Assembly: GCA_964016885.1 (NCBI GenBank)
Contig: OZ024740.1
Location: 33,418,001-33,482,000 of the forward strand
Length of the DNA stretch: 64,000 nucleotides
Reading direction: 5' to 3'
DNA from: Eledone cirrhosa
Taxonomy: Eukaryota
The translations under genes were made by a program, and so were the position numbers. Of this stretch, positions 53,356-64,000 are shown in pieces. The notes below the pieces were generated by a model. The model was not told the origin of the DNA, ran no database searches, and saw nothing but the letters and a program-made list of their open reading frames with translations. Positions within the stretch are counted from its first letter, which is position 1. Every line of letters starts with the position of its first letter.

Positions 53356-53555
53356 GAAAATGTTCTAGGAACATCTACAATTGAATGAGCTAAAAATACA
53401 ATCAATAGAGTCACATAAGATATACAAACATCTAAGACAAGATAAACATGCAAAGAGTTTGAATAGCTACTAAATAGTTTACAATATTTACATAATTTAA
53501 TTCTGAAAAACATCCAGCTGTGATTTTGGTTTAATTAATTATGCTCAACATGTCT

Positions 53556-54130
53556 CATCATCATCACCATCACCGTTTTTACGTCTGTTGTTCCATGCTT
53601 GCATTGGTTGAATGAGTCCTTCTCAAAACAGTATTTCTCCACTTGTCACATTCTTTTGTGAGCATCAGTGATTTGGGCTATCCCCACCTCTGTCCATGTC
53701 TTCTTTGGTTTTCTATTGTAGCTTCCTTCCACTGGGATTTCTTGGCATTTCTTCACCTAGTAATTCCCATTCATGCACATCCTATCTCCATATCAGTGCA
53801 GGCTACTTCTCTCTTGGACACCACTTCTGATTCCTCTTAAACCTAGTTTCTCCGTCAGTTCATCCAAGCTCTGCCTTTCTCTCACATTTACATTGCACAT
53901 ACATTGAAGTTTGCTTTTTTTCTCTCCAGTCTATGCATGTCCACTGCAGTCACTGCCCATGTTTCACTACCATGCAGCATTGCACTTCACAAGCATCATA
54001 CAGCCATCCTTTCATTTGTTGGGAGAAACCTTTTGTTGTTAACAGAGGGAGTAGTTCTTTAAACATCTTCCATTGTATCCTTATTCTAGCTATTATGCTC
54101 TTGGAGTACCCTCCTCCACTGCTAAATTAG
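53556..54130 (-). mobile_element. Decayed RTE LINE 3' fragment with (ATG)n tail
   Basis: Reverse complement resembles ~32915-33430 (ARIRIQWKMFKELLPLLTTKGF) plus the tail. Confidence 0.75.
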
Positions 54131-55169
54131 ATAAAACTACACATCAAATAAACCAGATTTAATTATTAAAGATCCTCAACTCCAGTTTAGTGGCCATATT
54201 TCTCATATTCCTTATATAGCCTGCTTTCAGAGTGAATGAGAGAGTCAAACATATTTCTTACACTTCTTTATTAGAGAGAGAGAGAAGTCCAATCCATTTT
54301 TTATCACCTTACACAGAAGAAAATGGCTGTCTGTATTTATTTTATGTCCTCATCAACTGGTGAGATCAATACAGCTTACACTGAGTTTTACAAGTCAACA
54401 TATCAGTTAACATTGTTAGATGTGACAGCTGGTAAGTTGTTATTGTACAGGAGAGTGGATAACATAACCAAATGTTGGGGCACACCAAAGATGATATGCT
54501 ATTGGTCATATAAAATTGATATGTTATTGGTCATATAAAGTTGATATGCTATTGGTCATAGAAAGCAGAATCAATACACTGTGACTGCATGATTTAATAG
54601 GGACAACCAACCAAACAAATGAAGGAAGGATGCAGCCAATTGGTTTATGGCTTAGCTATGACAACAAATGCAACAACATTGTTTCACCAAACTTCTCAAG
54701 GACAAGGTACCACTAATGAGGGACAGAGAAGAAACGGTCCCTAGTAGATCTGGCTCTGTAGAAGCCATACTGGTGGTTACTAAAGGTGTCGAAGAATGTG
54801 ATAATTAATGACTGCTTCCATTACTTTTGAGATGTTAAAGTGAGAGTAAGAGGTGAGTAGTTGTCATAGTTAGAGGGGTTGTCCTTGTTTGGGATGGGAC
54901 ACAGTAGCATGTTTCCAAAGATCAGAGTAGTTCCTGTAGAGAGAAAAAATTGAAGGGTTTGGAAATGATAGGGAGCTAGCTCTTAAATGCAATTATGTGG
55001 GTAATGGAAAGAACATTGTTAGGTTTGGTTTGCTGCAGGTGATATGATGCATAAATTGCAGTCAATGATATGATGCACAAAAGCATATTTTACTTGTCAG
55101 ATAGTAATGTTGCAGCTGTCAATAAAATATATCAAGTTGATAGAGGCGGTTAAGTTTCTCCAGATGCTG

Positions 55170-55540
55170 TGGCTCATGTTTTTTTAACTATACTGCTTCA
55201 ATACAGGTGTGTATGAATACTTAGGGGATTTATGATTATGGGCTTTTGTTGTGTGAGAGAGATGAAGGGACATGATTGTTTCAGTCACTTGTTTAGCTAC
55301 TTTAGACAGGTCCAAGGTGAAGTACATTTGCTGCCTGGAATAAGTTCCATGTATTTCCATCCTCTTCAAATTCTAGCTTCCTTCAAAACTAATTATCACT
55401 TTTGTAGAATTTACAGAATACAGTTCCATATGAGCAAAACATGGTCTCCTGACCTGACTTGTTTCATAACATGACATGTAATCTAACCCATGTTAGCATG
55501 GAAAATAGATGTTAAATGATGAAGATGGTGATGATGATGA
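55170..55540 (+). mobile_element. Decayed RTE LINE APE-region fragment joined to a tail
   Basis: GFCCVRE...QVQGEVHLLPG..MYFHP remnant, then CTAACCCATGTTAGCATGGAAAATAGATGTTAAATGATG tail. Confidence 0.45.
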
Positions 55541-56429
55541 TTTTCAAGAAGCAATCTGATATCTTTAGTTGAAGCAATTATTCATTCCATTTAATATGCA
55601 GACATTTCTGCTATTCTTTCAGTTTAACTGAGATTCTACTACAATGACTACAGTGATAAGTTCCAGTCTAATATTGTTATACATATGAAGCAAAATTTAT
55701 TCAGCCTTTGTAGTTTCTGTTCTGTACTAGCTAACTTTATCTTTGCTATAATTACTATAATGATGATGATGATAACAAAGATGAGGATGAAAGACAATAG
55801 CTTCTGTTCTGTATTAGCTATCTTTATCTTTTCTGTAATCACTATAAAATGATGATGATGATAATGATGATGGTGAAAGACTAGTTTCTGTTTTGTACTA
55901 ACTTTATCTTCGCTATAACCACTATAAAATAATGATGATGATGATAGATCATCCTTGTTTGGTTAACATACATTGGCAATATATGCAGGAGATGTGACTA
56001 CATTACAATGAAAATGTAATAGATAATAAAGGATGATAATAAATTTAACAATTTTATCTATTTGTTTTAATAAAACTATTTTACATTTTTCTTTGTACTT
56101 TTCCAGTTATGTTAATAGTTTACATTCTACAGGAGGCAGCATATATTGAATAAATTCCCATAAAGCTTGTACAATTCTTTTGTGGTTTACTTTATAAATT
56201 TTGTAATTTGATAAATTTGTGTATATAAATATTGGTCCAAAAGGCATAACTCTTTAAGAGGAATAAGAATTTATTCCTTATTCCAACAATAAAAACAATA
56301 TTTTCAAATCATCAACCAACACCAATTACATAGTTAAACAAACATTGAGGAAAATATTAGAAGGGGAAAAATTCATGTTAGGATTGATATAAGTTGTAAG
56401 ATCTAAGATTGAGGAGTGAAATTTATTTT

Positions 56430-56650
56430 TTCTCAAGCACGCCTTCCAATTTGTCCTGTCAGAAACAACTGTCTCCAATTGATCCGGCAGGATCCCCAAA
56501 CAAGACCAGCCAAGCTCATAGATGTTATCAAGCCATCTTGGTCAGGTTCTAATCCTGGGTCTCCTGCTGGTTGGTTTTGCCTATAAAATCTATCCAGCAA
56601 TTCTTTCCTGAGACATTTTAACCATATGTCCGTCCTTGAGGCTCTCTCCT
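56430..56650 (-). mobile_element. Expander/Rex3-like RTE C-terminal fragment just inside intron 2
   Basis: KPTSRRPRIRTRPRWLDNIYELGWSCLGILPDQLETVVSDRTNWKACL resembles the RTE GRRPRGRP..RW C-terminus. Confidence 0.65.
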
Positions 56651-56716
56651 CATGACCCTCCCAGGAATAAGTGGGCAAAGAAGGAGTGGAATTTAAATGA
56701 AAGGGGTTAAACTTAC

Positions 56717-56825
56717 ATTTTGCCTTCAAGAATTGGAGTCTTTCAGAGTAATCTTTGATGCGGTTGTCAATATTTGGGATTTTTGAGCCTTCTTCTTTAG
56801 CCATATATAATGCTTGTATAGCTTC
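56717..56825 (-). CDS. CAPN7: Calpain-7 coding exon 2 (MIT1): EAIQALYMAKEEGSKIPNIDNRIKDYSERLQFLKAK
   Basis: MIT helices with Y..R motif; CAG acceptor and GTAAGT donor; 109 nt, phase 0 to 1. Confidence 0.94.
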
Positions 56826-56919
56826 CTGGTATTCAAATAAGAAAACCAAAGAAATTAAACATTTCTGAACAAAATTGAAAAAAAAAATTCATTAAATATG
56901 AAAATAACTAAAGACTTAC

Positions 56920-57039
56920 ATGGTAATAAAATATTGCAATATCATGTTGGGCTTTTTCATCAAATTGGACAGCCGTTTGAGCAAAGGTAGTTCCATCTCG
57001 TTCCAGTGCTATACACACTGCAGTATTTCTATCATCCAT
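56920..57039 (-). CDS. CAPN7: Calpain-7 first coding exon (MIT1): MDDRNTAVCIALERDGTTFAQTAVQFDEKAQHDIAIFYYH
   Basis: ALERD...FA..AVQ.D......A.FYY matches the calpain-7 N-terminus; GTAAGT donor. CTTCAG 2 nt before the ATG suggests an upstream non-coding exon. Confidence 0.93.
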
Positions 57040-58519
57040 TTCTGAAGATATATCATATCTTTAAATCAGGATTGCCATGTGCACAAAAATTAACTAATCA
57101 TAATGATATATCATCATATTTATATCAAAACAAAAATAAAATAACAGATTCAGAAAATATAACACAAGTTTGATTTAAAATTGATTTAAAGTTGCGTGAA
57201 TGAAAAATTTAATTAAATATAGTGATAACAATAAGGAAATAAATTGCTATTTGTTTGATATTATCACTTTCACTACCTTTTCAGAAACCTTTTGTGATGA
57301 GATGAGCTGAACATTATTTGCTGGATGATGACTTTCTATTCTAAATATTTTATATTATGATAATCTTTTTCGCCCTTTTCTGTCCAACACTGCTTTCAGT
57401 TATATGAAACAAAATCACTCATTTTAAAGAGCTCTTTCTTATTTAGATTAAAATCTTCTAACATAATTTTAGTAAATCTAAATTCTTCATTATTTAAATC
57501 AAATGCTGTGTATTTTATTAGAAATACGGCAATGAAAGGGTTAAAGTCCTGAGTTCTTCATAAGTTCCATAAGATCTTTACCTGAACTCTTTTTCTGATC
57601 ATTATAAATCTACCAGAGAGGACAAATGTTCCCTTAAGATCTAAACCAACACACAGTAATCATCTACACAAGCATAACTGATTCATTTTACAAACGTGCC
57701 CTACTCCAAGCCTGAGATTATCAATTTATATCTGGTCTATACACTTTTTAATGTTTCATAGTCTCTTATGAGTCTTATTTCTTGTTAAACGTTTTGTTTC
57801 TTTTTGCTGTTTTTGTCAACATTTAATTATATTTTTACACCAGAAATCTCTCCCTTTAAAAAAAACAACATATGTAGCCAGTTTTATAGACGGCATTATA
57901 GATGACTAATTCTACTACAGTATATTACTGGTACTTCTTTTATTGATTCCCGAGAAATGGAATACAATGCTAATTTTTAGAGTATTTGAACTCAAAATAT
58001 AGAAGACAAAACTAAAGAAATTACACTTTAAAAATAAAAATTATTGATCTTAACAGCTGGATTGTTGCCTCCTCTAGAACGTTGAAACCAACTTTTTTGT
58101 TTAAGTAAATTCCCAAAGAAAATTCCACGACCAGAAATAACTAGAGGTAGCTCATTTCTTGATTTCCAATGACCTTGAGAAAGGCATAAACACCACCCAA
58201 TCACTTTTTTACTCTACGTAAATGATCAACATATGGTACTAACGTTCTAACGGTTCTTTTTCTTTTATATCACTTTCAATACAAATTTTATTACATTTTC
58301 TTTGAAACTATTATTTCTTCATCAGCATTTTTAATAAATGAAAATAATTATGCTTATTTTGAAAGAACAAAACAGAAAATAATAATAATTAGGATTACTA
58401 AAAATACTAACTATTGTAATTCGTTATTTAACTGAATTATTAATTAAATAAAAAAAGAAAAGAAAAGAATAATAGCATAGAGGAAATGTTACTTCGAGTC
58501 TGTAGCGATTGCATGTATG

Positions 58520-58865
58520 TGTATACCATGTGATAAAATATATTACACTATTATTGTTTGTATAATAGTGTTGTTTAGATTGTTACCATGTGATAAAATA
58601 TACAACACTGCTATAGTTATTTGTATAAGTTTTTTCAGATTGTCACCATGTGGTAAAATATGTAACATTGCTATTGTTATTTTTATAAGTCTGTTTAGAT
58701 TGTTTTCATATACAGCATATAACACTGCTATTGTTATTTATGTTTAGATTATTTCAACCACAATAAATCTAATGAAAAAACACATATGGTTTTACCTAGT
58801 CCTGTTTAGATTGTTTCCATCACAATAAATCTAATGAAAGAAGATATATGCCATTTTTACCTAGT
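58520..58865. repeat. Degenerate ~60-bp tandem repeat (GTTTAGATTGTTACCATGTGATAAAATATA...)
   Basis: Four imperfect copies followed by two related ~62-bp copies. Confidence 0.75.
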
Positions 58866-59304
58866 CAACAAATCTTTCTCTCGCAATTGTAAACAAAACA
58901 CGTAGTTTTTAACAGTCAATAATATACATTTTAAACAACTCTTTAAGTTGCTGTTTTTAGGTAGATTCTAAGAAATAATAATCTTTGTAAAAACATAGCC
59001 TGCAATGAAAATCATTTGCAAAAGGGACAATTTTGCTTGAGGGTGGAAATAATAAAAATAATTTAAAATTCTGTGTTGGTAAATCGGAACTCCATAACAA
59101 ATACTAATACTATCTTCACTTTAGGAGAGATCTTATTATCAAGAAATATAACTCACTTGTCAGTAATTATTAAGAAAACATCCATTAAAGAAATTCTAAT
59201 TATTAAATAAAGAAAACACTATATAACTCCTAATTCATTTATATCTAGAAAACCAAGAGTGGTAGATATTACAGGAATATTAAAATGGCGCTTATTCATT
59301 ATTT

Positions 59305-59710
59305 GGCACACCAATGTGCCTTATTTGGGACACCACAGTCGGTGACTCTTGCTCCTTCCTGTGACTTGGGTGCTGCGGTAAAATGTGGACCACTGCTTCC
59401 GTAACCGAACGGAATAAAATTCTAAAATACCAGGAAAAATCGACAAACAAGTTTTTCCAGTCAGTGGAGTTAGAGACGTTGTGTGTGTAAGGAACCACAG
59501 GTCTTCTGACAATGAAGTTCTTGTCATCGTTATCATCTCACCTTAACGAAATCTCAGGTGATTCTTTGGTGCGGGTGCTTGGTTGTTTCAGTGTCTTAGT
59601 CTCGCTATCACCTCACCTTACTGTGGTATCATATGATGATGCTCCTGGTGAGGATGCTTGGTTATTCCAAAGCAACATCTCCATTCTGTCCGATGGGACC
59701 ACGAGGCTGA
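59305..59710 (+). mobile_element. CRE-clade-like non-LTR retrotransposon 3' fragment (restriction-like endonuclease end)
   Basis: CLIWDTTVGD.LAPS ... ERNKILKYQE; reverse-complement similar to ~59945-60290. Confidence 0.65.
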
Positions 59711-59944
59711 CTAATTTTTGAATAAAGTATAAATAATGTATAAATATTTTTATTATTCACAGTTGTATAAATAACATTACAAATTGTTTATAATTCTTAC
59801 AGAATAAAAACATAAACACATAATAAATACAATTAATTATTGCTATGAACCTCACAAATATAATGCACAAAAATATATGATCAAAGCGAGAGAAAAAGAA
59901 AGAAAAAAAGAAAATAATAAAATAAAAACAACCATCAATTCACT

Positions 59945-61130
59945 ACCAAATGCGGCAATCAACTGCACACCATACCACAAGGGTCAACGGAAAATTTTGA
60001 GGCAAGCCAACACGCTCACAGCTAAGGAGATGAAACAGCCAGACACCCTCACGAGCATCACCTCAGTAAGGCGAACAACCAACGATGACAAGAACTTTTC
60101 TGTTAGCAGCCCAACTCCACCAAAGGTCTTAAATGCCACAGACTAGAAAAAAAAATTATTTGATAGTTCCTGGTATTTTAAGGTTTTATTCTGTTCGGTA
60201 GCAGAAGCAGTTACCCTCACTTTTATCGCAGCATCCATATGGAAGGGAGCAAAAAGTCACTGACTGAGGCATCTGCCTCTTACCCAGGGACAAAGGGTAA
60301 AACCATCTGGTCTCTTCCCATCAATTCTGGATAATCCATCCGGCTCCAGAACTGAGAGGATATTTACCCGAGCTACAGCCCACTTAATGATCAGGTTTAG
60401 CTTGTTGTGGCAGGCGAAGACGCCAGTATTCAGGCAGCAGGACAAACCATGGAGGCCTGTGGAGTCAATGGACCTACGACAGCGACATCTCAGACTCCCA
60501 CACAGACATAGGATCCCACTTGGAGTGCAATGGAGATGCGGAGCTCGTCCTGACTAAAAAGGCCACAAATGTTGGCCACAGGCAGGACATCAATCGAGTC
60601 CCTGAGAATTTTGCACTTAAAGATAATAAGCAGCACCTAGAAAATTGATCAGAATGATCAAAGAGAGAGAGTTAAATGTTTCCCCTGAATGCAGATTGTC
60701 TTATGCTCTCTGCTTCCATCTATCCTCATTAGTATCAGAAAAGGAACTGACAGACCCAGCTCTCTCCACTGTAGTAAAGCTTCATCAATCTCCCTGAGGA
60801 ACTAGTCCATGCTGGAAAGGAGAGAATGTCATCTACTAAAGAGGAGCAAGTGTGGATGGAGGAAAGAAAGCTACATAGAGACAGAGACGAGCAAACTGTT
60901 TGGGAAAGGCAGCTTGGTCGTGGGACTCTGGATAGAGTCTGACATTAACGAAGCCCCCAAGTTCACTGAAGATAAAGTTATCAAAGTGTTAGAGAACCAA
61001 TGAGAATCTATAAGAGGGACTAACTTTGAGGAAATACAACTTAGGAATTGACAAGTAATTCCTAAGAATGAAAAAACCTTGGTGCAGTTCAATAGCTTTG
61101 AACTCTTGTTCATTAATTAAGGATCGAAGG
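59945..61130 (-). mobile_element. Decayed CRE-clade-like non-LTR retrotransposon (Zn knuckle plus PD-(D/E)xK endonuclease)
   Basis: ELRISIAL..G, CRC...D.TGLHGLSC, HNKLN.IIK, LEPDGLSRIDGKRPDGFTLCPWVRGRCL. Further pieces lie at ~40250-40355 and ~61660-61980. Confidence 0.78.
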
Positions 61131-61289
61131 GATCACAATGTTATTGAGGGAGGATCCGCGATAAAGAGGAAGGACTCTGTAAATAGGTTTACAGTCTACT
61201 TACATGAAGCTTGTTTACATCAGGAAATGTCATTGTTTTAATGTATGCCGAATAATTAATTCTTCGAGTTCCTTTTCACCATTGTATAA

Positions 61290-61515
61290 ATAAGGACATA
61301 TGATTGCATGGACAATGATCATTGGGTAAAGAAGTACCAGGAAATGCAAGTGGAAGGAAACCATAGTAGAGGTAGACCAAGAAAGACCTGGGCAAAGGTT
61401 GTGAGAGCTGCCCTCAAATCACTGAAACTCACAGAGGAGATGACAAAACATTGTGACAAGTGGAGAGATGCCACGCTGAGAAGGACCCATAAAAACAATG
61501 ATGATAATGATGAAC
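61290..61515 (+). mobile_element. RTE LINE C-terminal fragment
   Basis: MDNDHWVKKYQEMQVEG..SRGRPRKTW with a GAT-rich end. Confidence 0.75.
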
Positions 61516-63028
61516 ATTACAAAATTATTTATAATTGTTACAGAATGAAAATCTATACACAAATAATATATACAATACTTAATTATATAAATATTTCACA
61601 TAAAAATATAGAATCAAAACAAAAGAAAATATTAATTCAAAATTATGTTAATTAATCACATACCACAAGAGTTGCTGGAACTTCCCTCTAAAACTTTTTG
61701 AGACAAGCCAACATACTGGCAGCATTACCACAGGTGATAGCAAAGCTAAGCCACTGGAACAACCAACCACGCTCACCAGGAGCATCACCCGATAGCGAGG
61801 CTAAGACACTAGAATAACTAAACACCTCCACCAGGAGCCTCACCTGATATCTTGGTAAGGTGAGGTGATAGTGAGGCTAAGACACTAGAATAACCAAGCA
61901 CCCTCACCTGGAACATCACCTGATGCCTCGGTGAGGCCATCCACCAATGATGACAAGAACTTTGTTGTCAGCAACCCAGTTGATAAGGAAAACTAGAACA
62001 TGACCGAAATCCTACATAGTTAGTTATAAAATATCTAGGCTGATGTATGAATTGATTTGCACAGAAGAGAAAAGAAAAGGAAGGAAGGTATTGGTTGATG
62101 AAGGAAGAAAAAAACAACATTTAATTATTAAATTGAGGAAACGGATAGACAAAACAAGAGTAAATTTGGATATATAGACAATAAAGAGGCATTAAAAAAT
62201 GAGAATGGAAGAAAAGAATCAAAGAAATATAAGAGAAAAGAGAAAATTTAGATTTACAAAGAATGAAACATCCAAACAATAAGAATATCTAAAGAAATAT
62301 GTCAAAGTAGGAAAAGAAATTAAAATTTAGATTGAACATAATAAATGCTAAAAGAAATGATAAAAATCATTTGAAAGAGGATATAAAATGTACAACAGGA
62401 TGTGATGAAATCTAAAGAAGAAATGAGTTAATAATGTGTAGAGAGATTCGAAAAGTCATGAAATATTAACATAGGAGATGGAAATATATAATGTCTAGAA
62501 TGGCTTAGAAGAACAAGAAACATTATCAAACAAATGGAAGAAATAAAGAAACATATGTATAAAAATAAAAACAAAAGAACTTGTTAAAATATTTGCACTT
62601 ACATGATGTTCTTAGTAGAGATAGTGTAGTGTGCAACAATAGAATCAGAATCAGGATGTATAAATACAGTTGAATTTCATGATTGCATCCTGATGAAGGA
62701 AAAAATAAATAAGCGCCTATCAAATCAACCACAGTACTTCACTGGTACTTTATTCTAGTGATGCCTGAAGGATGAAAGACAAAATTTATTTGAGCAGGAT
62801 TTGAACTCAGAACATAAAATGTCTGTTGGTCTTCCTGGTACCATGATGAAAAACACCCACTCCACCCTGCAATGTGGTAATGATGATGCCATAAAAAAAA
62901 AAAGTTTCCAATCCACCCTATAATGTGGTTGGTGTTAGGAAGGGCATCCAGAAAGAAAACAAAAACAGATCTGAGAAAGACATAGTGACCTGGCTTGTCT
63001 AGCCTTATAGCATGACAACTCTCTAACC

Positions 63029-63338
63029 CAGGGGTTCTCAAACTTTTGGGGCCACCGCCGCCTCACGGTCACGTAATACCCTCAGCACCCCCAACCCTAT
63101 TTCCAGAGAGAGACCTGCTTGCACGCAAACTGTAAATAATATATAATAAATAATATAATATATAGTATGTATAAATAAATATTATTTATTTTTTATTTTA
63201 CTATATTTATATATATGTATCATTGAATATTTAATATACTATTATATCACCTCTACTACCCCCGTAGGCCTCAGCGCCCCATTGGACCCCCCTCACCCCG
63301 GGGGGGGGGGGCAGTAGCGGCCACTTTAAGAACTTTTG
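63029..63338. mobile_element. hAT-like MITE nested in an RTE-tail element (~62830-63390)
   Basis: CAGGGGTTCTCAAAC ... CTTTAAGAACTTTTG imperfect TIRs; 8-bp TSD CTCTAACC (63021-63028) / TTCTAACC (63339-63346). Confidence 0.72.
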
Positions 63339-64000
63339 TTCTAACCCATGGAAACATGGAAAATAGACGGTAAACGGTGATGATGGTGGTGGTTGGAATG
63401 TGTTTAAAATACCATAGTATTTAGAACATTCAAACATCAACTGAATGAGCACTCAATACTTTTTCAAGTGTCAGTGAGAGTGAAGTTTCCGGTTTGGTCG
63501 CTTCATAATGTGGAGAGAGAGATTACGATTAATTATCTATTATTAAAAGCTATAGTAGACTACATTCACTATAGGTTCCCAAGACAGTGATGGTAACTGT
63601 GTATGACTCCTCTTGCGTAAAATACAATCCAATAAACAACATTGTGTTGTGTTGTGAAGTGAATTACTGAAATTTAAAAATGGGAGAAAGACGAGAGTTC
63701 TCAAATCCTTTTCCTCCCTTCCACGGCGAATCTCTTCTTAGTCCTGAGGGAAAGGTAAAAGTGTTTTATATATGAGAATGTTGACATTATTGAGTTAACC
63801 CATTTATTTAATGAAATGAGAAAATATATTATTGTTTTGAAAATAGTCAATTTACATTGCAATAAAATCTTATTTTTAGATTCTTAGATAATTAAAAAAA
63901 CTGTAAATAAGATGAATGTTATGAGACGATCATAACTGTAAAAATATATTTGTAATAATTTGTTCATGAATGTTATGGTACTTTGTCGGATAGATTATCG

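Noticed and set aside
52560-55950. Small tandem duplications (~41 bp at 52560-52695, ~23 bp at 54490-54560, ~100 bp at 55710-55950)
   Set aside because: Ordinary low-copy local duplications with no further structure.
57905-57940. Origin of the 53-bp satellite from the Meta-like SINE (shared ACCAGTAATA)
   Set aside because: Only about 10 bp of AT-rich similarity, which is insufficient.
62645-62730. Hammerhead-ribozyme-like CTGATGA after a TCAGGATG/CATCCTGA stem
   Set aside because: No correctly placed GAAA core or stem III could be found.

Overview
Eukaryotic, AT-rich, repeat-dense genomic DNA, most consistent with a coleoid cephalopod (octopus-like). That assignment is inferred from RTE LINEs with (GAT)n tails and from tRNA/CORE-type and Meta-type SINEs. 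One host gene is supported: calpain-7 (CAPN7/PalB) on the minus strand. I traced 14 phase-consistent GT-AG coding exons from 57039 to 26703 (1700 nt). They encode two MIT domains and the CysPc protease domain with an intact Cys/His/Asn triad. The C-terminal exons are not in the window, so the intron after exon 14 appears to hold a >=26 kb array of a 53-bp satellite (about 490 units). The array has two large higher-order duplications (~7.7-8.1 kb, and 4757 bp with a visible microhomology junction). On the gene's sense strand each unit reads like a miniature GTCAGT...CAG intron. The other introns carry decayed RTE, Penelope-like and CR1-like retroelements, SINEs, a piggyBac-like MITE and several minisatellites, often nested. 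CRE-like retroelement remnants and an hAT-like MITE lie upstream of the first coding exon. No clearly new biological system is proven. The best candidates are the splice-signal-bearing intronic satellite and the repeated-target or tandem-head SINE insertions.
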